Assembly: GCA_040954595.2 (NCBI GenBank) | Contig: CM082576.2 | Location: 7,443,129 to 7,507,128, forward strand | Direction of reading: 5' to 3' | DNA: 64,000 nt | Source: Balanoglossus misakiensis | Taxonomy: Eukaryota; Animalia; Hemichordata | Part shown: piece after piece, positions 1 to 13,404 of the stretch | How positions within the stretch are numbered: the stretch's first letter is position 1 | Layout of the letters: each line of letters begins with the position of its first letter | Translations under genes and position numbers: made by a program | The notes under the pieces: generated by a model | What the model saw: the letters and a program-made list of their open reading frames with translations, nothing else | What the model was told of the DNA's origin: nothing | The model's database searches: none

Positions 1-3
1 CAG

Positions 4-1416
4 GACATCAGAATTTTTCTGAATCAACTGAGGAAGTAAAACCCTTGACAGAAGAGGAGAAGAAAGAACAGCTGGCCAAGTATGTCCTTGACTGTGTTTC
101 TGCCAAACTTGTGTTATGTTTATCAACACATTATGTCCACAGACTTACTTGAGTGTAAACCTGATACCATCTGGTTGTTTGCTGTATTTCAATTTCTAGG
201 CTAGAAGCCAAGATGAAGCAAAGGAGATTTGAAAGAGCTGAACAAGAGAAAAAGGAAGCATTGGAAAAAGAGAAAATGCGAAGGAAGCAGGGACAGTCTT
301 TGACATCCATGAAAGAAAAGTAAGCCAAATTATTTTGTTTATCTATGAATGCACTGTGTCAAATCTGACAGACAGAAAACGCACATACTTCTATACTAAA
401 AGCAGAAAAGATTTTGCTGTCATGTTCTGTACCATATGAGATTTTTAGCCAATGTATGCCCATTGTTACCCACCAAACAGATTTGAGTATGAAGAGATGA
501 AGAAAATAGCAGCAGAAAAGAAGAGAGAGAAGATGGAAGAACGGCTAGCTAGGTAAAGAAGTCGTTCAGCATTGATTTTTCTCTGCAAATTCCAGCCCTG
601 TGTAATGATCAAAACAAGGCATTGCGTAAAAGTGACATATTTTGGGAGTTATTTTAGAGGTCTGGTAACAATTGTTTTTTACCTTTACAGGCAGCGGGTG
701 AAGGAACAGATAGCCAGAGACAGAGCTGAACAGGCTGCTCAGTCTTCCGGTCCTGCTGCGGCGTCCCAGCCACAGCCTCCTGCAGCTACACCAGCAGCAG
801 CTGCTGCAGCAGTAACAGAGCCGACACCCAAGAAAGAATACACAGAAACTCGACTGCAGGTGGGTGCCGTGAGACCCAGGGTGGTACACTGAGAGGGGCT
901 GGTATGCAAATCAGCAGGAAGATTTTGTGGAGAAGTCATTGCTTCCGTTTTTTCCCTGGCCGATTGCACTGTCAGTGATAGTAATTTTTATCTGTTTCCC
1001 ACAGATTCGTCTCCCCAGTGGCAGCGCTTTGACTCAAACCTTCAAAGTGAGCGAACAGCTGGCAGCTGTTCGTGTCTACGTCCAACTAAATAGAACTGAT
1101 GGCGGTAATGAGCCTTTCACGCTTATGACAACATTTCCCAGGAAAGTCTACTCAGAAGAGGATATGGATAAACCTTTGAAGGAATTAGGTATGGAAATTT
1201 ATTTGTCACCCTCTCACTCTGTCATTCTTTGTCTCGGTCATGATCCACATACTGTACTTAGTTGTTACCATTTGGTGTGGATGACTAAAATACCTCGACA
1301 ATGTGTAATTTAAACAAGTACGACTAAGATTTACATTTTCTGACCATTTCCCAACTTGCTGTTCCTTTTCCCCAGGTCTGGTGCCATCAGCTGTACTCAT
1401 GGTAACAAAATCGTAG
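4..1416 (+). CDS. UBXN1: UBX domain-containing protein 1 (SAKS1), 3' exons; the 5' end lies outside the window
   Basis: Exons ~4-80, 200-319, 481-552, 691-860, 1005-1188 and 1376-1416 with GT-AG boundaries. They encode a coiled coil (KPLTEEEKKEQLAK...EKEKMRRKQGQ...ARQRVKEQIARDRAE), then a UBX domain (EYTETRLQIRLPSGSALTQTF...[32 protein letters not shown]). AATAAA at 1968-1973. Confidence 0.93.
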
Positions 1417-2302
1417 CCATGGACACCAGTTACGTACAGTGGACCCTTAATAAGTTGTGGGTGTCTGGATCCATGGCGAAGACTGGAGTTTGTCCATGGT
1501 TGTGAGTCAGTGTGGGGCTGTACAATTAGTGGTGTCCACCATAGTGACATCTATAGAAGTATACTCATGATTGGCCGAAACCACAACTTGTAGAGACACA
1601 ACTTGGCGAGGGTTTTACTGTATCTCCAATGTCCTCAACATCTTTAATGTGTAATATTCATGACTTAGGTAATCAGCTGTGAACTTTGAATGCTGAAGTT
1701 CATATGGAGCGAGTCTGTAAACGGCATATCAATCAAATTGGCCATATCCCATGCAAATAGTAAAACAATATCATTCATTGTCCCTGCAAGTCTGTGTGAA
1801 AAGTTAAATTCCCCTCTTTTTTGAGCATTCATTTTCAGATGTACAAGATTTGTAGTTTTTTTTAATATCACTTGAAGACAACTGTATGATTTCATGAAGT
1901 CTGCCTTGCTGAAATATAAACACTGATAACTTGCAAATCAGTAATTTGATATTATTTGTTTCAATGAAATAAAGAAGCTACAGTAAGTTGTCTTTTTTTA
2001 ATCAGTGTCTTTTAATTCACTTAAAGCACTCGGTGTAAAGAGAGGGCTGTTACTTATGAGAAAACTTATACAATATGCAAAAGCATTCGAAACAATACAC
2101 AACTTAGACAATGAGTTGTACATAAACTTTCATTAGACACTCTTATGGCAACATCTCAAAAATGTTTAACAATAACAAAAATAAAGTATTGCACTGTTTT
2201 GATATATAACTTTATAATATAAAATCACTGTGTGGTGCAAGATCTTGGCAGTCTAGTATTTTACAGCTCTACGTGAAGTCTTTCTCATTCTTTCAGTTGA
2301 GG

Positions 2303-5300
2303 TCAGCTGTGATATATTTTAATTATGCACTGTGTTAATGTGTCCATGTATCTCTCCCATACAACAAGTAACCTTGGCTGTCTGCAAGAGAGAAATATGT
2401 CAGTTTTTTAAAGAAATTATACAGCATGAGTAACTAAAGAAAAACATTTCAATGTCTTGTAAATTTAGCCCCACCACATGTTCCTTGGAACACTCAGACA
2501 TGCCATTTTAGCCATATATGGGCATACGTAAATTGAAGGTGACAGTGTATTTTTTAAGTCACCCATAAAAACAACTGGTCCCTGACCTTCTGAATTGTTC
2601 CATCTGCTGACAGGAAGTCTTGTATGATTCAAAGAAGTTCTTCACATCATCTGCAGTCCAGCCTGCTTGACGACACGGATCGATGACCTGCAGGAAAGGA
2701 GATCAGCATGACTTACATTGTCTCACAAAAAAATGCTGTGAAGTGACTAATGGGTGTTGAAGTTCCCAAGTTCTTGCAAAGTTTTCAGTAATTGTCTGTT
2801 CTTACCTTTTCAACCACGTCACTGAAAAAGTCTCGCAGCTCTTTACTGTGAATCATACCAACTGCTATGTTGACAATAGCCCTTGACAACGCCTGTAACA
2901 GGAGAAATACCACGATAATCTGTCTGATAATGTGAATCTCAAACACATATGAGGATCCAGCTTTCACAAATCGACTAAAAGTGACTGATCGTTGTAAAGG
3001 CAGACCTTATAATCACTTCCAGTACAACAACATCTTTGGAAAAAAGAAGACATGTACTGATCATGACATTGAACATTTGCACTTGTAGTTTGTACAAATA
3101 TCTGGCCAAGTCTTACCTTAAAATTAGATTCCATGTCCACATGCACTTTGTCTGACATCTTGTCTTGTAGAACTGAACTAACCAAACTGTAGAGAGCAAA
3201 TACATTGTATATACAAATGTATTGTAAATGTGTTATGAATCATATACCAAATCTTGTCAAGTCAGTTGAAGTTGCATTGAATATAGAGGATGCCTAAACT
3301 TCCAGCCCCAGGCCTGCTTATCTGCCAAATGAGTGTGTCGGGTCATGCAAACACAGTAAAGTTATGAGCTAGATACCCCTTTTCACCCCCTTGGTAAGAT
3401 GGTGTGTTGCACTCTAGTCTGTGGCTATCATAAGCAGGGTTAATAAGTTAATAAGGGTGATAAGTCTTAGAGCTCAGCAGAAATTAATGCAAACCTTTTG
3501 TGGGCATCACTCATGTCTTTGTCAAGAAGAAATTTCATATCTCTGAGTTCTTGCAGGAAATCTCTGTCAAGGTCAGCGTCGATGTCCACTTTTGAATCTG
3601 CAGAGAGGAATGGAAACAAAGCACCGCTTTTATCAGATCACTTTTGGAAGTTTATGTTTTTCTGGACTTTTGGACCGTTTTCCAACTTGACATAATGCAA
3701 TCACACAGTGGGATGACAACCAAACTCACCAACTGAGCCAATTGTCCAATGATCTATCATTTCATCGGCGCAGTGCGTGAAATCGGGAACTGTCAAGTAC
3801 TGTAACCTCTTCTTGCTGGTGTCGAAACGATTATTGGCGAAGAACACTATTGCTGCGTACTGTCTGTGGTGAAAGAAACAGAATTGAGTTGTCTGTCTAG
3901 CAAGTCAATTTTGCATTGCTGGTTAAACACGCAGTGGAAATTTCACTTTCATGAACTTACTTGGCTAGTCTTTCTGAAATGAGAAAATTTGACCGGATGT
4001 TTTTAACAATTGGTCCCTCCATGTCTTCCACCATCTTGAAAACTCTCTTGAAATTATCAAACTGAAAAACAAGACGTAAATGTTGAATGTGTTGAATGCA
4101 AAACTTGCAGAACATTTGGATTGGACCGTCCGACGTATTATGTTTGTACACCCGAAATTAGGCACATGCCCATAAGATTATTGCCGGCGTTTAATTCATG
4201 TGATCTGGCAAAGGTGTGAAAATCAAACCAACCTGTCTTCTACAACTTTTGAGTTTCACATTGGTCTTCTCACTAATGTCATCTAGGTCTTTTCTGTTTT
4301 TGCTATTCAGTTTTTTACCCAGAATTTCCCGCAAAACAGGGAAATCAAATTCATAGTACCTGTTGAAAAAAAAGACAGCAAAATCAAATGTCAAGGATGG
4401 TGACTATTTTTTGCATCAAACAAAAATTGGTTTTCATATGTCTTCCCATACGACTGAATAATAACATAAACATTGGAAAAAAAAGATCATTGTTTCCCAA
4501 AAATTATAGGGTGGGGCTGACACCCTTTTATCTGGAGGGAACTGTCTAAAATCAAAGATGAGTGCTTACTTTTCTATGAGCATCTTCTGAGTTGACGGTG
4601 GTAGTTGTAAAAGCAACTGGTTGGCAATTTGCGGTGGGTGTTGCAGCATTTTCTCTAACAAGTTGAATGTCCTGTAATGGTCCAGCGTATCATACTTAAG
4701 CATGTCCCGAGTTGCACCAGTCTTTCTCAGAATCCCTGTGTGCTGTCTGGCATACAATGCATCTGTGGCTGTGTTGAGAAGAAAACCAGTGCACATATAC
4801 TCAGTCAAACATGTCAAATTTGTTAGTGATCTGCAAGTTTGGCTGGTAATTTAAACTCCAGATCGGCAAATAGAACTTAAAGTTAAACAACGGCTAAACA
4901 TCTGCCTGGGACTTTCGACCATCATATGCCCGAGAACAGTGTATGGTCTCCAGGCCAGGTGTGTATTTGCATCCTTCGCGAGGCCCGGATGCGGGGCCTG
5001 CACACCTTATCAATATCATCAGATCAGTGATGATGATCTGGCAGAGGCACGTAAACACATACGTCGCCGACGATTCTGGGCACTGTCCTGTCCTTTAAAC
5101 ACTTCCGATTCAGTTGTAAACGTGAATCCTGGTTTTACAACAAAACAGTGCACTGCGTGTGTGATCTGAAAATCGATCCCGGTGGATAAATACGACGGGG
5201 AACTTGGTGTTTGTGATGAGCAGTATCGATCGTGACGGTTTTTTAAATTACACCGTCTGGTACACTAGTATACTCCGCAAATAACTTACCCGACAAACCA

Positions 5301-5371
5301 TCTAACCATAGTTGATACACTTCTGGATCAATATAACAAGTGTTTCCAACAAAAACATTGATATCGCCCAT
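2303..5371 (-). CDS. FIBP: Acidic FGF intracellular-binding protein
   Basis: Start ATG at 5371 gives [25 protein letters not shown]. Internal exons encode [87 protein letters not shown] and [29 protein letters not shown]. The last exon reads [19 protein letters not shown], stop at 2303-2305. Confidence 0.95.
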
Positions 5372-5679
5372 TCTTTCCCCTAAGATCAACCGGTGATCGG
5401 CTGTGTTGGAAAATTCCCACAGCTTACGTTTGATCACATGATGCAAACGTCAGTAGCCCTCTTGTGGGGGAAAGTGTAAGCCTTTTGTCTTTACAACAGA
5501 AATTCGTGACGTTGCGCGTTCACGTTCACGTCTGCAATGTAAGTATCATTGCAAGGTCAGTCAGCAGGGTCAGTCAGCGAGGCAAGGTTGGGTATGCAAT
5601 GTCATAACTTCGTGTTGTGGGCGTTACCAATTTCCCGTAGCGTAAACTAACAGATGGTGTGCTCGTGTAACTTGTAAGT
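5372..5679. promoter_or_regulatory. Compact bidirectional promoter FIBP/ACP7
   Basis: Only 308 bp separate the divergent ATGs. The interval is CpG-rich and carries a tandem GGTCAGTCAGC duplication at ~5555-5578. Confidence 0.6.
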
Positions 5680-8600
5680 ATGCCACCTCCGGGGCCACTG
5701 AAGTTCAGTCAGCTGCTATGCAAGTTCAGTGTAACTATTATGATTGTCGGCTGTGCGTCGTCGTTCGTGACTTGCCAACCGTACCAAGGACAGCCAGAAC
5801 AAATCCACCTGTCCGCCACAGGTAAAGCACTCATCATATGCTGCGTGCTCGTATCCCATCGGTTGCAGTTTGTAACAACGGATAGTATAAGGTTCCCGTT
5901 AGTGGAGTGGACATGTTTTGGACATTGGCCAGTAGACAGACCTTGGACTTTATTCAAGTGATAAACTACAATGATTGTATTTGCAAACTCTGTAAATTCT
6001 GTTTTAGAAAGACACTTCTTTCATGGTATTCCGTAACCAGATAAATTTGTTATTACAGTCAAACAAGTGGTGTTTTCCTTTTGCCACAAAGAAATGCTGA
6101 TTCTGGGTAAATGTAATTGTAGAGAGCAACATGACATTATCACCCATTCAATTGTGTCTGATTGACCTGTGACCTAGCAAACAGAACATTACAATACCAT
6201 GCATGGATGTTTTCTAAACGTCTGCCAATATTGTATGAATTTTCAAGGTGACCCGACAGAAATGATGGTGACGTGGAGTACAGTGGCAGACACTGGCCAA
6301 TCCACAGTAGAGTATGGTTTGGAGAAAATGAACTTGGCAGTCAACGGAACAAGAACGAAGTTTGTAGATGCAGGAACAACACATCGCACACAGTACATTC
6401 ATAGGGTGAAAATCAGTGGACTCAAACCAGGCCAGAGATACTGTAGGTATAATAGGTGGTTGTAACTGTAACAGAACGTCTTGGGGCTGTTCTGTCCATT
6501 GAGAAAGGGCCTGTGATGTTTGTCTGATGCGATGTATTTCCATAGATAATCCAGTGCGGCGTACAGACTGTCTTCTCAAGAAAAACACCTGGATATAAAG
6601 AGGACATGTAAATGGTTTGTTCAATCGGATGCACTCTGACCGTTCTATTTCTGTGCACTTTTTAGTGTACCATTGTGGAAGTCCAAAGGGATGGAGTGAT
6701 GTCTTCTTTTTCACCGCTCTGCGGGACGACAGCGACTGGAGTCCCAGGTTTGCCGTCTTTGGTGACATGGGAAGCGAGAACGCAAGGTCACTGGGGGCCC
6801 TGCAAGAAGAAACTGAGCGTGGACAATTGGATGCTGTGCTGCATGTTGGTAAGGACTCTATGCAGTATAGTAAATCTCTTGGGGTTTTTTCACGTGCAGC
6901 AGAGAGTATTGCTTGATGCATCTGTGCCAGCAAGACTAAAGGACCAGGATATGCCATTCAACACTCAGAGAGACTAGCTGTGAATAACAAACCATGCAAT
7001 AGGCGAAACCTGGAATTTGAATAGACTTGTACAAAAAAAATCACATACATAAACAAACATACACCAAATTCTCAATCATATTGTGCAACATGTGGTTATG
7101 CAGTATACCTTTTGATTTCTAATATTGAATAAATGTATGTGAAGGTTATTTTTGAAAACCCAATCTGCAAGTGTGAGAGTTCACATTTCTTTTCCCTTGT
7201 TCATAATGTACAGGGGATTTAGCATATGACTTGGACTTCAATGAAGGTGTGACTGGTGATGTGTTCCTGAGACAGATTGAACCGATTGCAGCCTACATCC
7301 CGTACATGGTGTGTCCCGGCAATCATGAATTTGCCAAGTAAGTCTTCAAACCAGTGTCAGTCAATAGAAACGTTTTGTGGTTCAGATAGTTGTATTCCAA
7401 GTGGACATAATGTTCAATTGCTTATAGCCTATATAGGTTTTTGATTTTGAAAATTTTTGTGAAATTTTGTGAAAGTTGACTATAGAGGGCGTAATTCCAT
7501 TTCATAAATCACTCATAAATTACTGTTTATCTATTCTTCAGCAACTTTACTCATTACAAGAATCGCTTTACGATGCCAAACTATAAACAGAGTCAAAACT
7601 TGTGGTACAGGTAAGGTGATGAGAATACATTCACACACACATACACATTTGACAACTTTCCTTCTTTTTCACACAAAAAAAAATACAAATGATGAGGTAG
7701 TTTGATTTTCAAAAGTCACCCAGGAAGAATGCAAAAGCCAATAAAATTCATGAGTTTTTTTAAATCTTCTGTATTGATTGGACTTTTTTGGCAAGCAATA
7801 CATTTTCCCTTATGCAAATGTTTTCCTTTAGTTGGAACATAGGTCCTGCACATATTATTTCCCTATCAACTGAAGTGTATTTTTACATAAATTATGGAAT
7901 ATATCCACTGATTAACCAATGGAATTGGCTTGTTCAGGATCTGGAGGTACGTTGTTTTTTTTGCTCAGTCACAACACTGTACATGTGCAATGATTGAGGG
8001 GCAGATTCAGTGAATATTCTCATGAAAATTTGAAATATTAAATTTGAAGAACAACTTGAAATGCATAAAAAATACTTGGATTTGGATATTTATATGTAAA
8101 TGTGTTTTCCCACTGGTTCTAAAAGAAGTAATGATAAAAGGAGTAATGTACAATTGTGGCGATTGTTTTCAGGAAGCCACAAAACCAGAAGCCAGGGCAA
8201 CACGTCCATGGATCATTGTGATGGGACACCGTCCGATGTATTGCTCAAATGATGATCATGACGATTGCACCAAAATTGATGGATTGGTAAGTACACAGTG
8301 TCTGTTCTGTATTTATGTGTGCTGGGAAATGAAGTCTTCATTTCTAGTTTATGGGGATATGGTTCTTCGTAAACTTCACAGGGACTGCAACAAAGCGGCT
8401 AGACAAGTTTCTACTATGCAGAGGTGGTGCAACTAACACAGATTTGACTTTAGTACAAGAAATATGCACAGCAATTATTGACAAGTAAATCCTGACTGCA
8501 TCTTCAGTTAGTTTCTCTGGGGTAGTGGCCACCTGAAAATAATGCTATACATATTTAATTTTCACAGATAAGGACAGGTTATCTGGGTCAGTATGGAATG

Positions 8601-9748
8601 GAACAATTGTTCCATAAATATGGTAAGTCTGATTGCTTGCGTGATATGCACAAACTATTGAATCAAGTCATGTAAATCTTGATGTCAGTCTGAATGATTA
8701 CAGATTGTAACCTGTCCATGTCGTAGCAAGAGAGCTCATTTTAGGATCATGTGAAAAAATTCTGTATTGTAGTTGGAAGACTAGAGTTTCCTTGAGAATT
8801 CCCGAAGCAGAAGTTGTCTTCACCAGGTGTCTTCATATCAGGTACATTTGTCCATTTCTTATATTTACTCTGTTTAGGTGTTGATTTAGAAATATGGGCT
8901 CACGAACATACCTACGAAAGGATGTGGCCAGTGTTCGACAGAAAGGTTAGTTTTTCAGCAATCATTCAATATTACAATAATTCAAATTCACACCTGAATA
9001 GTGTTGCACTTGAGGAAATTATTTTTGTCCTCTGATCCTTGGATGCCATGAAATTATTTCCATAGAAATCAGGTTATTTGTTAGTCTGCTGCTTTGATAG
9101 CAAGAAATGTTGAAACAAGTGAAATACGTTGTGTTCATGTTTGATGTTTCAGGTGTACAATGGCAGTTACGACGAACCATACAGGAATCCAAAGGCACCT
9201 GTTCATATTGTAACAGGCTCAGCAGTAAGGTCCCTTCTTAATGTTTTGTTATGTTTATAGTTGAATGGTGTTGTTTGTTGATTTTTTCTATGTCAACAGT
9301 GGTTGTGTCTATGGTATAGATTTGCTAGAAACATCACGGTTGTTTCAATCTTTCCAGCTGCTTTGTTGTTTAAAATATTGATAATAATCATAAGCTAACC
9401 CATGCTATTTCTCCTTTTATTCAGGGCTGTCGAGAAGACCATGATGCTTTCAAACCCCCTTTTTATCCGTGGAGTGCTTTCCGTGCAGACGACTATGGCT
9501 ACACTCGCATGAAAATCATCAACAGCACCCATTTGTACTTGGAGCAAGTGTCTGATGAAAAGGTATGTTTGCGTGATTCAGCATTGCTTTGGAATGGGCA
9601 GGGCTTACATAGGACAGGGGTTAAGTGTCTCTCTCAGTGACTGTGTTGTATAAATGGACATCATTTACTTTTCACTTTTCAGGGTGGCAAAGTAATTGAT
9701 AAGTTTACCATCATCAAAGATCAACACGGTCCGTATGCTGAAGTTTAA
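5680..9748 (+). CDS. ACP7: Acid phosphatase type 7 (purple acid phosphatase-like), secreted
   Basis: Hydrophobic N-terminus followed by QPEQIHLSATGDPTEMMVTWST. All purple acid phosphatase metal-ligand motifs are present across exons: GDMG, VGDLAY, CPGNHE, MGHRPMYCS, AHEHTYER. Also APVHIVTGSAGC and DYGYTRM. Stop TAA at 9746-9748. Confidence 0.95.
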
Positions 9749-10452
9749 CAGGACTGAAAATCGGGGTGTTTTTGGCGCCACACCTCAACCATTCCTGGAA
9801 TCATCAGAGGACTCCAATTGTAAATCTCAGGTCACAGTGGTTATGAGACCACCAATCAGTCAATCAATCAGGGTTTGTAATTATCTCCATGAAGACTGGA
9901 AATTATTTATTGTGGAGAGGATCGGACTGTACTATAGCTTTTATTTGTTTTCATGTGAAAGATTTAGAAGAGTATAGACATCAATTTTTAACTGTATTTT
10001 TTAAGTAATGTGCAATGCAGTGAAAGAGGGGCTGGGAGATCTTTTGTCTATCAAATTGATATGATCTCATGAATCAAATTTCTACCATGTCTTTCAAAAT
10101 GTTTTCAAATGTTATATTTCAAAAAGCAGTCAGAAGAATTTCTATTTCAGTCAACATAGAAACTGTCAATAAAACAGTTCATTTTCAGGCAGCTATGTTA
10201 CATTGGGCATTAACTTTTGAATTTCCAATGCTGAAACAAGTGTTGTGACCAATCAGCACTGGACATTTGAATATGCAAGTTGCACACACACAACACACAT
10301 TTCTACAACAACCAAAGAATCTTGTGTGTACCCTCATTTTATTGTTCTCCAAGAGAGTGGTTGAAATCTCAAATCAGCTGTATTGTTCTACTATGAGAGA
10401 TCTGCTACTTCACACCTATTGAGTAATCTCTTTCTGCCCTGGGGTTGACAGA

Positions 10453-12607
10453 TCAATTCTGATCATTTATGAAATTGTTAATTTGCAACAAAGTATTGGC
10501 TACTTCCACAGCGATTCGCAGGGCGTTCGTCTTCACACTGAACGAGTCAAGTACTGTATCAGCTTCACTATCAGTGCTCTCAATGTCATTTGGGATATCC
10601 TCCGTGACTGGGTTTGTTATTTCAGGCAGTCTTCGAACGATCTCTTCCAAACACCTCACAAACATATCTGCTCCTATCAGGAAGTGACTTCTGTTTATGT
10701 TCAGGCTGTCCAGTTGAGAACGTGATACTTTGTTAATCTGCAATGAATAACAATTATGTAGGGATAATTAAATTGAATTAATAACATATACAAGTATTTG
10801 AGAATCAATATATCAATACCATCATCTGGTAAAAAGATGGATATTTTTCATCAAAATCAGACAATATACCGATTCCTTGAAATGGGACTACCTAAACATT
10901 GTGAGTTGGATACAAGATTTAAAACCACTATCAAATTTTCACTTTTCAAAAATTTTGCTTACCCTTCTCCTTAGATGACTGACCAGTTCCTGTTCCATCG
11001 TTCCACTGCCTTTCAATACAATAGGATTAACCAAGATATTTCTGAGGACCACATGAGCATTTTCACAGACGTTCTATTAGAAAATGGAGACAAAAATACA
11101 CGCATGAGTGAATCTGGTATTGCATTTTGCAATACAGCTGTCAACGCATTAAACAGATTTTGTGACGCAAAAAACCCTAACAGTGACGACTTGTTCTCTT
11201 CTTACAAGAGGAAACAGATGTATGTGTATGCATTTACTGACCTTGAGTTCATCTACAGAACTTTCGTTGTGATTACAAAGTATCACTGTCACAACATTGC
11301 TGGTGGAGGATTGCATATGGAGGAAGCTTTTCTCGAATAACACTTCGTGTGTGACATCACTCAGATAACCAAAGTCAGACTCTGATACTTGTGAATGGAA
11401 AGTACTCAGTAAATTGGCACCTGAAAAAGAGAAATATTAAAATATATTAAAAACAAATGAAGACTGGACGTATGATGTTTTCTCTCTCCTTGCAGGCTTA
11501 AAGCTGGTACACGTAGTTAAAACTATGACTACACATGCACACACACACACAATGACACACACCTGTCAGTTGCTGGACTGCATTGATGTGGCTGAGGGAC
11601 AACCTATCAACAGTCAACACATGGCGCTCTCTCAAATACTTCTTGACAGTGGGGTGGATCACTCTCTGACAAGCGACCAGTCCAACTCCACGCTGCACTA
11701 AATCTTCAACCGCCTGCAATATCTTCGTCAGAACCACACTGCTGCTCGTTGCGGAACCGGTTGACTCATACTGCACGTTCATGAATTCATCACTGTCTCC
11801 AGACATGGAGACATTGTACAGAGCCACTCTCAGCAGCCCTTGATTCGGTCCACCATCAACTCTTCTCAGCTTTGATACGCAGGATCTGTATGTCGGCAGG
11901 TGGGGTGCTTCAAAGAGAACACCTGGCACAAGATATGACTCTGAAGTGGGACGTCCTTCTATCTTTACATACTGCACGATTCCAATGGATGCGAGACCAC
12001 GTCCCTTGGCACTGTCTGTGACAGACTGTAGGAAAGACTGCAGAACTAGACTACTGACAAGGCTCTTCTCTTTCGGCAGAAGACAGCAGGCGGGTTTGCT
12101 GCCAACAACACCACTGACAACCCTCAGCAACGCCTTGGAATCAGAAAAGTCGATTTTCAATTTGCATGGACATTCCGGCGACTCCAGAAACTCTAATGTT
12201 TGCTGTAGCATGAATTCATTGATGCGAACGCTGGATTTTCTAGGAATCTCCGAAAGCAGACATTTTTCAACCAGAGAGACGGCAAGCATTGCTGTGTACA
12301 GTCCCCCGTCACTGCACCTGGACACCTGGCTCTGAACGGCAGCCTTCAAGAACTGAAGTACTGGACTGGAAATCGAAAGACACTGAAACAAGGTACTCGA
12401 AAGTGTAGTCAAAGTCACATGACCACCTGAACTATTCTGAATTATTTTGATTCTTCCTGCTGGTCCATAGCATGACACCACCAGATCTTTGAATAACTGA
12501 ATTGTACGCATGACATCAGGATCATTTAGAGTCTGAGTCGACACTGTTGATTGCTGGGCTGGTGCCACTGTTATGCCTGATTTTGAAGTGGATGGGAATG
12601 CACACAT
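10453..12607 (-). CDS. MKKS: McKusick-Kaufman/Bardet-Biedl syndrome chaperonin-like protein (BBS6), ~539 aa
   Basis: Exons 12607-11563, 11420-11242, 11073-10963 and 10737-10453 join in frame. Group II chaperonin-like motifs SCYGPAGRIK, SDGGLY and VGLVACQRVIHP. C-terminus KTNALRIAVEVANTLLQINNFINDQN*. Confidence 0.93.
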
Positions 12608-12897
12608 CTGAAAACACAAAGAAATAAAAGAAGTGTATTATCACATATGCTCACCACGGTTTCTAAAATTAGTTTCTGACTGAGATCCTGGCCTTAGTCC
12701 TGTAAATGTGTCACCCACGACAGTAAGTCACCCTGTCTACTTGAAACATTACCACAACAATTGAATGCCTCCTCTGGGAAGTAAAGGAGAAATATATCAC
12801 TGCTGGCAGCAATGACAGATATCGTATAATTATTGAAAAAAAAAACATGAGAAGTTACTCACATTTAAACAAATCTTTATTATTGGGACAGTTCAGG

Positions 12898-13140
12898 CTA
12901 TTTGGAGCTTTCAGTGGGATGTTCAGTTTTCTTGGATTTAAGGTAGCGTGGTTTGATGTCTTCTACTTCGGCAGGCTTCAGTGAAGAAAACAGTGGATGT
13001 TTGTTCATAAAATACCAGCCTATATGCACAGACGCCAATGTTATGCCCATGACAATCAAGACACGATATCTCCCAAAGAAAGTCTTGGGACGTGGGCTTT
13101 GAATCTGTGGGTGGGGTTGTTGTCCCCGTTGTTGATCCAT
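12898..13140 (-). CDS. 80-aa upstream-ORF microprotein in the MKKS 5' leader (uMKKS1-like), single predicted TM helix
   Basis: The ORF lies inside a spliced exon (acceptor before 13171, GTGAGT donor after 12863) that would splice to the MKKS ATG exon at 12607. The core FFGRYRVLIVMGITLASVHIGWYFMNKHPLF resembles the human uMKKS1 core as recalled (LWRDYKVLVVMVPLVGLIHLGWYRIKSSPVF). Confidence 0.82.
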   Translation of the reverse strand: MDQQRGQQPHPQIQSPRPKTFFGRYRVLIVMGITLASVHIGWYFMNKHPLFSSLKPAEVEDIKPRYLKSKKTEHPTESSK

Positions 13141-13404
13141 TTTTCTCAGATGATGTTTGCTACTAGTACTACTGGAAGAGGAAAGAGAAAAAGCAATGAT
13201 ACAACGATGCTATTACTGTCGCAGACATTTTCGCCCATATACATGTACCCATTGGGCACGTTACGTACGTGTGTTATGTATCCGCATCGAATCGTGCTGA
13301 CTGTTGTTAGTAATGTCACGTTACGTACTCACGTCGCCACAATTTACTAGGTTATATAAGGACTGATTTCTGCATTTTCACATGAAAATTAGGGCATTAC
13401 TTAC

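Noticed and set aside
6214-6957. 247-aa minus-strand ORF
   Set aside because: It is antisense to ACP7 exons 2-3 and crosses an intron, with no recognisable motif; a shadow ORF.
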